Origin: Asterias rubens
Taxonomy: Eukaryota
Reading direction: 5' to 3'
Assembly (NCBI RefSeq): GCF_902459465.1
Contig: NC_047063.1
Location: 13,392,001-13,456,000, forward strand
DNA length: 64,000 bases
The notes below the pieces were generated by a model. It saw nothing but the letters and a program-made list of their open reading frames with translations, did no database searches and was not told the DNA's origin. Of this stretch, positions 43,107 to 55,600 are shown one piece after another (within the stretch, counting starts at the first letter, position 1; the number at the start of each line of letters is the position of its first letter). Made by a program: the position numbers and the translations under genes.

Positions 43107-46016
43107 CATAATAATATTATCCTCCTCTTACCAGTTTTCCTGGTATTATGGCTTTTTCTTTGAATTGGGAAAAAAAATTATGATGCCATATATGTCAACT
43201 GATGCCCTAATATAATTACCTTCATTTGTTTATAAGTATGCAAACTTATATTAAAACTTGATGAACATTGAAATTTTCACACCACTCACTGATCTTCGAT
43301 GACTTCAACTGGTCCCATGTGTTTCGAGTTTTTCCTGTTTTCAAGGCAAATGAGAAAGTATGGTTTCCCAGTGAAGCCACTCATTCAAGAAACATCCGCA
43401 GTGAATACAAGTGGTCTGTGAGACTGTGTGTATGACTCTATAGACAGCAGTTGTCTTCATTTTATTCAAAATGTTTTTTTATGCCATTTTAAATATTACC
43501 ATAGTAATTTCCAAAAGATACAAAAAAATAAAAATTAAATAAAAAGTGTGAATAATTGTTGGCTTTCAAATCTGATTTTTATATAATTTTTTTTCTTCTT
43601 TAAAAACAAAAAATATTTATAATAAAGCGTAAAATAAACAGTGATAATTGAATCACCTAGCCCATGTTTATATTTCAATATTAATAATAATATTGATATG
43701 AGGGTTATAAAAAAAAACTCCAAAAATATTACAAAATGATAAGGCACATGGCTTCTTTAAGCCTTTGTATTTTATTTCCAGAATAGTCAGCAGAATGTTC
43801 AGTCACAAGATTTGATCATCATGAATTGTGAATTGAAATAGTGTTTGATGCAACTTTTTCGATGAGCAATTTTTTTTTATATGGCCTGACTCAACATTAT
43901 GACATATTTTTGTACCTTGTAGAAATGCCTAAAATACCAAACTTTTTGCATTACAAGTGCAACAAACCAGTGGAGCCTTATGTGTTTCTAAGTTTTGGTC
44001 AAGGGAGAGGAGACTCTTTGCTTGGCAAAGAAAACCACACAAATTTTATCTAGGGACTGTTTACATTGCGCACAGAGAGGTAAAAGATTTGCCACGATTT
44101 TAGGGACACCTTGAAAACAGGACCTCTTACGATATATTGTTTGATTTGTTGACAGAACCTGAAGAACAAAGTGGATGGGTCAGACCTTGAATTAATGCCC
44201 AGTTCAACATTACAATGTAATTTCAATCTTGGTTACAGGCATTCATGATAATCTAGAGTTCTTTATACAAATTCAGAGACAATTGATACAAGCTTTGACA
44301 CCTAGTTGTTTTGGGTTGCTCACAGTGGTACTGGTACAGGTAGGCTCAAAATTACTGCACTCTGCAGATAGCTTTGTTCACCAGCTACAGAAAATTTAGT
44401 ACACAAATGGATCCATAAATCTTATAAATTCGTATGTCATGTCATGACCATCCACCCTTGTTCACATTTTTTAAAGCATGCATTGAACAGTAGTTATACT
44501 AATCCATACACTGTGTCAGCGCACATGTCATGTGCAATTTATTTGTCAAACAATTGTTACCGAATTTTTATCCGAAATAACATTCTAAAATCCTACTCAC
44601 CAACCTACCGCCTCTCTAGGTATTGTTAATTAAACTGGCACCATGAGCGGGTCTCCTCACTCGCTTTCTCCACCCAAAATGTTGGATTTACTCTCTCGTC
44701 GTTTTCGAAACGTGTCAACTTTTAGAGACCAACACAGAAAAATGCCGCAACAAATAGACCCGACCGCCTAACCCAGCCAGAAATACTACGCTTTTCACTG
44801 ATTTATTATCAATCTCACCTAGATGTAGAGCTGAAGATTGAAAACAACATAGTGAATTATTTGTATAAATGTGTACAAGTAATTTACATACCAGGTGTGA
44901 CGACGAGATTGAGACTAATTCATTGTACGACAAAATAATCCCAAAAGTTATGCCTTTTTACATCCATGAAGTGTGTATCAGTGCGACTACCAATAGAGCA
45001 CATTTGCGCCCTCTATTGGTTAACAAAGTCATTCAACCAAACTTTGTATCGCCGTTAATTCCCATTGATTGAAATACATATTTTTTGGTTCGTTACAATA
45101 AAATTTGAACGTTTTCACTCTTCAGTGATAATATATATTAAAAAAACGTCAGCAAACCTTTTACTCTGATCCTAAAGAGTCGTATCAATCATATCAACAT
45201 TCCTTAACCACACTGATACAGTTATAATTAACAATGTCATTTCACGATCAAAACATTGTTTTCACACGCTATGAAACAGAAGACAATTATTTTATTATAT
45301 TAATCCAACGAGTATGCCTTTTCGGAGAAATTGGTGAAAATGTGTAACTTAATAGCCTTACCTCCAAAAAGTTACTGGAACAGTGTTCGTCTTTAGTCGA
45401 CGGCAACTCACTGGCGGCTCTGCTCATACTGCAACTATACACCGACTTACTGGTTTTCAAAGTTCGTTGACGGAACAAAGTTATTTCTGTGAATCTCATG
45501 ATAAAGGCCTCAAACCGTCATGTTAATTTTGCACTGTGGTTTTCGTAAACCAACTGGCCAGTGACAAATATAATCCACAAGGTTGATACAGTTCTTGTCC
45601 TTCAGATCTTGTTAAATCCTCAGAAGAAAAAAAAAATCACAATTAGTCCCAACAGATATTTGCCGAGATAATTCTGAATGCACATAATTTCGACCATTGT
45701 TAGAATTATGATACACTATCAAAAGTTCATCAGAAAACGCGATGTCCATCCTACGCTGAAGTACAGACGTCCGCCCTGCTGCGCGCGACTCGTCTATCTG
45801 AATGACAGTTGAATGAACTATACAACGACTACCTCGAAGACGCCGGGGCTAAACTCCTTGTTGCTTAACAATGAATATCCTATACAGGTGATGACCGCAT
45901 TCCACAGTAAACCCCACCCCAGTACAAAGGAATGTACTGAATGAACTTGTTAATGTATAACTGTCCCAATTCATGATTTTTTTTTGCTTCAGTTCAAGAA
46001 TACAAATAGGCGCAAT

Positions 46017-46150
46017 TTAAAAGGCAGTGGACACTATTGTTAATTACTCAAAACAATTACTAGCATAAAACCTTGGTGACGAGTATAATGGGGGAGAAGT
46101 TGATAAAATAAAACATTGTGAGGAACGGCTCCCTCTGAAGTGACACAGTT
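46017..46150 (+). mobile_element. Kolobok-like MITE family A, left part
   Basis: TTAA-AAGGCAGTGGACACTATTG..GGCTCCCTCTGAAGTGAC, matching 53421-53545. Confidence 0.75.
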
Positions 46151-48663
46151 TTTCTTTTCAATTGTATAAAATTTTAAATCCATTACTAACCTTAAATTTA
46201 ACTATAAACGTTTACAATGATTGCCCCTTCATTATCAAAATATCATTTCACCGACTGTATATTTTAATTACCAACATTCTTTTATAAAACAACATTCTCA
46301 CTCAAGGCAAAATTATTATATGTTTTAATTTGACATGTTTTGATCACCATCAAAATCTGTGTGTACACTCGCATAATCTCACCATGCATAGTTTATTCGG
46401 GTGTAGACCCCAAACGGTCTAAAATCAAATAACAGAGTAGGCCTACTCGGCAAACAACAAATTCCAAGCCATCGGTAAGACTTCATTATGTTCTGCAAGG
46501 AAGGGTAGCATTAAATTGTCACGTTAGATTTGTGCCCAAAGCTTTGGTTGAGTTGGTCTATACATTGTCATTGCAAGTTGCGCGGTACGCTGGCCCGCCG
46601 CCTACGAAATCTTCACTGAATAAACATTGTACGAGAAAAAGGCACTGGAAATGTACTTGCCGAAAGGTAAACATGATCTGGGTTTTTTTTCCACGGAGGA
46701 AATTATTTATTTACACTGAAGAACCACTCCTCATATTACAAACACGCTGGAAATCAATAACATTAACAGCAAAACAAATAAAATAAAAATACATTATACA
46801 ATGTTAACCTTGAACCAGTAGTTTGAAAGAGTCCATTTTTGTGTGGAAATTAACAGTGGAATCATTGGTGATGGAGAGGTATAACTCTTGTTCAGATTGA
46901 ACATTAAATCGGAGAAGGGGGAATTTACCTGAATAAATATTTTGTGTTTTTCTCTTTGACAGCTCTGTTTACGAAGACCCTATTGGGGAGGCTGTTGAGG
47001 AGATTTCGAAGCGTCCTAACTAACTTGTTTGTTCCAGTTTGAAGAAGTGACGTAGCCGCACTCAAACTTTTTGGTTTGGACGCAGGGATATGCCAGGAAA
47101 TGTCAGGTAAACTGTATTTCTCTAGCATGCTTAGTACCGGAGTTATTGTCAAATTCACCGCAAGTCAAACCATTTTCCGCCGGCATATGTGTGACACGCT
47201 GTGTACAGCGCAATCCCAGTGCGTTAGTTTTGTGGAGGAAATAAAAGCCCAATTCCTGGCCCATGGAAACAGCAATGCAATGAGTATGGGAAGGGAGCCA
47301 TAGAAAGGGGCTTTCCGATGGTACGTAGAACTTGTTCACATTAATAAGCATAGCTAAATTGACCTCAATTAAACTTGTGATTGACATTTCTGTGTACACA
47401 AATTCCAATGGGGTGGCTGTTGATGAGCGTTCGAAACGTCCTTACTAATCATTTCCAGTTGAAGGAGTGTCGAATCCGCCATTAAACTTTGATATTCGGA
47501 TGCAGGGATATGCCAGGAAGTTCAGGAGTTATGGTCAAACTCATAACTTGGAGCAAACTTGTATGCCAACCATTTTCGGCAACCCGCCCCTTGCGTTTTC
47601 AAACATTGGTCACTGACACAAAACAAATAATGAACTTGTAGCCCTCGAGTAGGTCTTCGAATACAGTTTTTTTTCTTCAACTTGATACAAAAAAAAGTTT
47701 TGGTTAATCCAATACCAAACCCTAAACTTTACAATTAAAATGAGTGTACTCTTCACTATCAATACATCATCTCACCGACTATTTTATTATTAACAACATT
47801 CTCGCTCAAAAGACAACACTATACGTTAATTAATAAGGAGTGCCAGGCAAAATTAGTTGATAACAAACAAACAACCGCGCGCACTCACTGCGAAAACATA
47901 CTACGTACATACATACTAATAATGTAATCATTTATACAATGCTACAAAAAGGATCTCTTTACATAGTGACTGGGATGTGGGATGATATGTTTCCTAAGTG
48001 TTGTTTGACAATGAAAGATGTCCATGAATTCATGGCTGAATGAGCTCAAGAATGGTCATTGTTTCTTTCGATGTGTTGAAGTGATGAAAAGAGGACAAAA
48101 TTACATGTATGTAAACATCCCTTTGCCAACATTTCTGTGCTATTTTGCCTGATTAAAAATGTTCTTAGTTTATATTATACCCTTCCCTGAAAGGACCAGT
48201 ATTTTCCCCAACGATCAATACTTGGTGGAAGGATTTGTCCCACTGAAGGATTTGAAAGGCAAGATGATTCCTCACCGTAATAAGTATATAACAATTCATA
48301 AGTTTCGTAAACGTCTCTACAGACAACTACATTAAACAAACACCTGTATAGTCCTTATACATATGACATTCAAACAACACTTCATAATTGAGATTGGAAT
48401 AATGTCAGTTCTTTTTACTATTGTTCTCCTTTCTGCTGTACCAATATTACCAATCTCTCTATGACTAAAATGTTAACGAAATTCATCTATTTACAATATG
48501 GCAAACTATAACAACCACAGTATATTGTAATCATTCAACCAGCGCATGATATTTTTGTTTGTATCGACTATAACATATTCGTGCTCTTTAAAAAAACAAA
48601 TTAGTTGACTATTAAGTTTATTTTTAATAATCCATTATAGACAAGTGTATTATAGGCGAGTAT

Positions 48664-48973
48664 TTAAAGTAGCCTCTATAAGCTGACAAAATCGGTCATC
48701 GAAGTTGCGAGATAATAATGAAAGAAAAATAACCCTTGTCACACGAAGTTGTGTGCGTTTGGATGGTTGATTTCGAGACCTCAAGTTTTAAATCTGAGGT
48801 CTCGAAATAAAATTCGTGGAAAATTACTTCGTTCTCGAAAACTATGTCACTTCAGATCGAGCCGTTTATCACAACGTTTTATACCATCAACCTCTCCCCA
48901 TTACTCGTCACCAAGAAAAGGTTTATGCTAACAATTATTTTGAGTAATTACCAATAGTGTCCACTACCTTTAA
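48664..48973 (-). mobile_element. Kolobok-like MITE family A, inverted copy
   Basis: Ends GTAATTACCAATAGTGTCCACTACCT-TTAA; internal GATTTCGAGACCTCA/TGAGGTCTCGAAAT palindrome as in other copies. Confidence 0.8.
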
Positions 48974-49181
48974 CTTTGGTTGTAACAATCCAAATCAGCT
49001 GTTGATCTTTTAATGTTATCAATACAGTTTTCTCAATAAACGACTTCATTTGAGAGGGAAACACAGAAGAACAACATTTCAACTATGGACTTCACATAAA
49101 CTTTCAGACTATTAAACAATGATTTGTTGTATCTTAACCAAGCCTGCACTGGCCTGACCTTTAACCTAACATAATTTTTCT

Positions 49182-52100
49182 TCAAGCCGATTTACTGCCA
49201 GAATACCAACATGACTTAGCTGTGTCTTCCCGAATGTCCCGCATGACCTCTAGTGTGACCTCTTGTCGTTTCTTACTTGCAATGCGGATGTAACCTTTGA
49301 TATCTCCACTGTCTTTGGTGAGGCGGATTTCTTTGCCAACGAAGGAACCTAATTGAGGAAGATAGTTTGCAAGAACTTTAACTTCAATCACCACGATAAA
49401 CGATTTAGCTTTATACACATAAAATAATGGTATAAAAAGCACTAAAATTATTCAGTGAGAAATGTTGCATATAGCTGACCAAGTTGACAGAAATACCGCA
49501 CGAGTTTGCCCATCGAACGAAAAGCATCACTTTATACAGCTTTGATTTAAGAAAAAGTAACGTTGGTTTTATTTTCAGCTGGTGTAATTTCCAATTATCA
49601 GTTAAAAAAACAGTTGAAATTTTAGTAAAATTGCATAACATTACTCTAATTTTGATGTTAGTATGTTTTACTCGTACTAAATTCTGTTCTGCTCTCTTCT
49701 TTGACACCGTATTATGATAACGTTGACTTACCAATCAAACCTCCTACAGAGTCATTAAACCCTTCACCACTGTCCGTGCTGAATCCCAAATAATCGGCTT
49801 TATCCTCTTGGTGGCGCCCTACATGCTTTGTCACAACGAGGCTGATGTTTGCACTTGGCTGGAGGGTCAGACGGGCACCATCTTGAGACACCGATATAAC
49901 CAAACCGCCGTCTAACCGAATATGGTTGCCAACCCAAGGGACTGAGAATGTGCCATTTGCAGACGATATTTGTTTTGTGGAGACAACGATGTGTTGACTG
50001 CCAACTTTCACGAAGAGTTGTTCGATAATTAGCGGGGCGGGGCCATTCCCTGAGTGACTGTTCAACGCACTTGCTACTTGAGCCTTGACTTCCAAATCTG
50101 AAACACGAAAGAATTCAAGTAAGCTAAGGACTTTTACCAGTTTGTAAAGAATAGGAAACATCAACCGAAAGCTGTACGTATTTTGCTCAGCCAATTTTAT
50201 CCTTTTCAACACGTTGACAAGAAAATAAACATTTATTTAAAATTCCACCGAATCTCAAGTAAAGATGGCCAGGTTGCAAACATTTTGTGGAACGAAAACA
50301 TGCAATTTTGTACGCTAATGAATAACATTAACTCACCGTTAAAAGGATATGTCAGCAGAATCAGATTATCTCCAGGCACCGCGATGACATCAAAGCACAT
50401 TGTGACGTTGGTCTGTCCATCACGCACCAAGAAATTAGCATTCTCGTCCACTATGGTGTGGAGAAAAAGGGTGAAAAGATTTGGAGACAAAGAAGAACTC
50501 TCTGTAATTTGAGGACTGCATGAGAGATGAGATCACCTTTCAAAAAGGTAATATTTGTAATAATAAACTTGATTTGTTTGCCTCACAGGATGACCTCCAT
50601 AAAGTTGTTCGTATTGTGCTGCTTGATGAGTTAAATTGTTTGTTATGTTCTAAACCTTGATCTGTTACCGATATATCAGCCAAAATTCTGTACACCGCAG
50701 TCCCGATTACTTTCATCTTGTTCATGTATACCTTTTCTGAATGCATTCATCTCATTGCTTGCATTCTACCCGACTGCTTCAGAAGTAAACTATGTCTGTA
50801 TTGTATTGTATTTTATGCAAACTCTCGAGAGATGGACCCCAGCTACTGTTGGCAAAAATTTGGCAATTTACGCATTTTCGTTTATAAATTTCAGTAAATA
50901 AATAGCTTTAAAGAAGGACAAAAATCCTTGTATTGACATGAGTCATTGCTTTAGACGAACATAATATTGTTTAATTTGGTTGGACGAAGACGGTTTAATG
51001 GTCGTCTTCTGTCAATTAGAAAAAGTCCCCGGTGATTGTCACTAAATCCGGTAAAATAATTGAGGGCGCTGTCATTTCTACCCAATACGGAGGACAGAAT
51101 ATCCGGGGTGGGTGGAGGGGTGGAAGGGGGGGGGGGTGGGGACACCACAGAATGTCCTGCTAGCTGCTACCTAGCCTATACACCATACTAACATACTCAC
51201 CTCTTGTCGAAGCTGGGAGCGTGGTGCGTGTTATATGCGTAGTTGGAACCGTTGTATGCGTAGTTGGAACCGTTGTAGTCGTTGTACGCATCATCATTGT
51301 AGGCATGAAGACACTGTGTGTTCCTGTGAAGAAAAAACAACAATACATCATACCTTGATTATAATCATTGTAAGTTGATTTTGTATTAATATTTAGTTCA
51401 CTGTCTAAATTTCATTTATTTTCTTCTTTCTATAATGAGTTTCAAAAGGAGATAACACTGATACAAACGCCACGGTCAGTATACAAATGGTTATATACGT
51501 AGAAAAACACTTTGAAATGTTGCGCCCCTGGGGGATTACAAAACCTAAATTCTTCTCTCCCGAGTTAGTATTTCACAATTCACTATTCCCTGGAAAAAAA
51601 AAAGTACATTCAAGTTTATTAGGTCGCAGAGATCGTTAAATTTTACAAACCAACAAGAAGCCATAAAGGCTTGTTTTGAAATGCCTGACAAAATAATACA
51701 AAACGAAAGACATGACGGAAAAAAAACCTCTCGAATGATAGCGAATGGTGGGAAAGTAAGAAAGACAAAACAAAAGGATTCAGAACAAAAGAGACAAGCA
51801 ACAAACTTACAATTTAAAGAGGATGTAAACAATAAGATGATAATGAAACGACAATAAAAAACGAGGAAGGAGTTTTGAAGATGACGAACGGAACAGTATC
51901 AAAGGAACTTATTTATAAAATCAAGAAGAAATTCAAGTTACTTACGCCGTGGTCTAGACGTAGGCAACACAGGACGGTGGCGTCGCGGTGTCGAAACAGG
52001 GATCCCCCGACTAATTGAGCCGTAATTTTTTTGTCTGTAGGGCCGACCGATTGGGCCTAGCAATGCAAACAAATTGAGGAAGACACATGATGAAAACAAG

Positions 52101-52577
52101 ATCAACAAATGAACAAGTCTCTCACCGTGCTTGTCAGTCAAAGACGTCTTGCGAACAAGAAATGGTTTTTTTTGTGTTGAAATTTGGAACTCGAGGAAAC
52201 ATTTTCTATCTGTTTATCAATTTTCTTTCCATTTAAAATTGAAACGTGATGGTCGTTCATTTTTTAAGTAATATTTCACTTCAAACTTTAATAGCATTCA
52301 CAAATCGTGTATTGCTTTTACCTGGCATCGTTTGCTTTAACTTTTACTTCCAGTTAAAGATTTCTGTGTAATGTTTAGTACTTACATATGAACTTTAACA
52401 CTTTTATGGGCACTCTTTTTTGATGACAGTTTTGTTTCCACTTTTGCCTTTCACTGGACGGTCTTTGCTTGTTATAAGAGTTATTGTGTTGTGCGAAGAA
52501 TAAATAAAATAAATAAAATTCCTTGTAGTGCGCAGACGAGTATATTTATATAGGAAACTGCGCAATATAAATGTCCG

Positions 52578-52652
<75 letters not shown>

Positions 52653-55600
52653 CATTATAAAATAAATAAACTCACCGGGTTGCAAAAAATGTCTCCCCTG
52701 TGATGATACTTGTTGTATGCTTGGTAATTGATCCTGGTAATTTTCGTCCTGAATTCTAATTGGCCCTGACCCGAAACAAAAACGTTAAGAAAATCCATCA
52801 ACAAATAAAATAGTATATCATTACTGAGAATAAATATAATGAGAAATCATTTTAAAAGGTTAATATTAAACAGAGCAAACATTGAGAACGATCTAAGACA
52901 ACCAGAAGTAATTCATTCCTGGAATTTAGGCCGTTTTCGGATTAGCGGCTACAGCCACGGCTACGGCTAGGTCTCCACGTCATCATGCGTTTAAGTGTGG
53001 TTCGTACTTAGCAACACCTTTAGCAACAGCCAATAGCCGTACCCGTATGTCCTCGCTTCGATACTTACCTCCATCAATCATAGGTTCTTCGTCTGGTTTC
53101 ACCACCACCAATGACGTCAGTGGCGTCACAAAGTGATACTTGAGAGACAGCTCTAGCGCCCTCTCCGTCAGGTTTGCCTTCTCGGCGTCGCCGTCGGCTG
53201 CACTACGCTTGCGTAGAAGTTCCTTAATGGTCAAGAATGCCCACAATCTCTGCGCAAAGTCGTCAACGGATCGTGGACTCAACATACCCTCCGTCTCATT
53301 CTGCACGAGAAAAATCATTCGTTCCAAATTAATTAATTTACAACGAGGACTTCTATAGCGTCTTTCCAACTATAGTTATCATGGCGCTCAGCAATAAGAT
53401 GCCATGAAAAACAAATGCATTTGAAGGCGGTGGACACTATCGGTCAAAATAATTATCATCATAAAACCTTTCTTGATTACGAGTAATGGGGAGAGGTTGA
53501 TAGTTTAAAACATTGTGAGAAACAGCTCCCTCTGAAGTGACGTAGTATTCGAGAAAGAAGTAATTTTCCACGAATTTTAGTTCGAGACCTCAGATTTAGA
53601 ATATGAGGTATCGAAATCAATTATCAGAAAGCACGCAATTTTGTGAGACAAGGGTGTTGTTTCTTTCATTACTTTCTCGCAACTTCGACGACCGATTGAG
53701 CTATAATTTTCACAGGTTTGTTATTTTATGCATATGTTGAAATACACCAACTATGAAGACTAGTCTTTGACAATTACCAATAGTGTCCACTGACTTTAAA
53801 GATTTACTTAGAAACATGTGACGAAACAGTGCCCATTGATCTGATGTGCTCAATTGCCATTTTTTATATAGGGCTATATTGATTTCAATGTAAAAAAAAA
53901 TGCGGGAGTGTAACTACCACAAAATGATGTTTTGATTTAAATTCTGGGTACCTTTTTAATTTCCCGGGTCACAGTGACCTACACAAGGGTCAGCCCCACT
54001 AGGACATGAGATACGGCCTAGCCCCTCATGTTATCCATGTAAACTTATTTTATCTGATCCCATGACCGGAATCAAGCCACTGGTTTAACAAGCAGTGTAT
54101 AATTGTTAGGCGAGATGTATTAGAATTGTGTAAGTACACTTCTTACACCTACCTTGACTTCAGTTTCGGTTTCAAGTATAATTTCATCTTCCCAGGATGT
54201 AGCAAGGACTGTGCAGATAATCCTCACCGGTTCTGGCGAAACTTCACCATCGGTATCATCGAGCAGAGTAGTTAACTTGCCTGCCACAACCAACTCAGTG
54301 CCGTCAAAGTACACAGGGAACTCGCTCTGGGAAATGCTGTTGACCTGGATAGCGTTGTTGGTGTTTTCGTACTTGATGACAACATTAGTCAACAAAGGGG
54401 TGGCTACCTCGTCGAAGAACCCCACCAGCTGCAGCCCTGCGTCGGCATCCTCGTAGATCTTCCTGGCGAGACCGCGATTCTGAAGGGAGAGCTTTTCCAG
54501 GAAGGAGAAATCCACATTGTTGCCGAAACCGAGGCAGAACAGGGAAAATCTCCCTTCCATTCTCGATTTGATGTCTGAAACGATGCCGTCAGTGTGTGTG
54601 ATTCGACCGGAGGTTGGCTGCCCGTCAGTCAACATGATGATGAGTGGGAAAGCACCGTCAGACCCGAGCTCGTTACGTTTGAAGTCTTCCAACATATCAA
54701 TACCTGCTACGATCCCTCCATGTAAGTCAGTTCCTGTATAGAATAAACAACACAATAATTCACATTCAAATTTACAACAACAAACTAGCCCGATACCATT
54801 TAATATTGGACAGACGACACTGTAGTCAATGAAACGTTTAACACTTTCACATTATTATTGTGGTATTGAATTTACAAACCTGACTTGTTGGTAGTTACTT
54901 ATTCACCAATAACACAAACAGGCAGAGGGTTGTGGATTAAAACAAAGAACTTGAGCGTTGTTCAAAGTGCACAAAGAACGACCAGTACTATTTTTTACTA
55001 AAGGAATCTTGCTTTTGATAAATGTGTACGAATATAAATGAGCCTAAACTGTAAAATTAAGCGCAAAATCAATCCCAAGCTTGAACACTTTCAGTTTTCT
55101 GTGTACACCCGTATACCACGTCGTTCCAAATGTTACACCACAATACTAAGCTTAATGCTGCAGCCTTGGGATGTTTTTTTGCACAGTAAGGTGATCACTA
55201 CTAAGCCCGTTCACAATAATATATTGCCCGGGGAAACCCTGCCGAATAATGCCTCCTAACCCCTCCCAGTGGGCATACCCTGGAGAACAATTTACCCGGC
55301 TGCTCTGGAGTAGGGGGCAACCCCCCTGGGATGAGGGACATTTGCTGGTACAGTGTGAAAGTACGCACGGGTAACTGCGGGGGTAAAACAACCCCCTGGG
55401 CCTCATAAAGGGGTGTGTTCCGCGCAGAAAAGTGACTGATAAAGAAAAATCTACTAACCTCCGTTTGCTCTCAGTTGACTTATCTTTCCCTTGGCTAACT
55501 CGATGTTATCTTTATTCGCTGACATCATGGTCTCACGCCAAACTGTGGTCTGAGACGCAAACGTTATCAATCCGAAGTTGTCTTGCTCGCGCAATTCCGT

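Noticed and set aside
43786-43823. Box C/D snoRNA on the - strand (ATGATGA...CTGA...CTGA)
   Set aside because: Only about 38 nt from box C to the last CTGA; too short, with no convincing C'/D' partner or terminal stem.
51082-51156. Additional 75-nt proline-rich ITIH exon ([13 protein letters not shown])
   Set aside because: Phase-compatible, but it needs a 44-nt intron with no polypyrimidine tract and a weak donor; the prolines derive from a G/C homopolymer. Left out of the model pending cDNA evidence.
52404-52685. Poly-isoleucine ORF
   Set aside because: Translation of the (TTA)n microsatellite within an intron.
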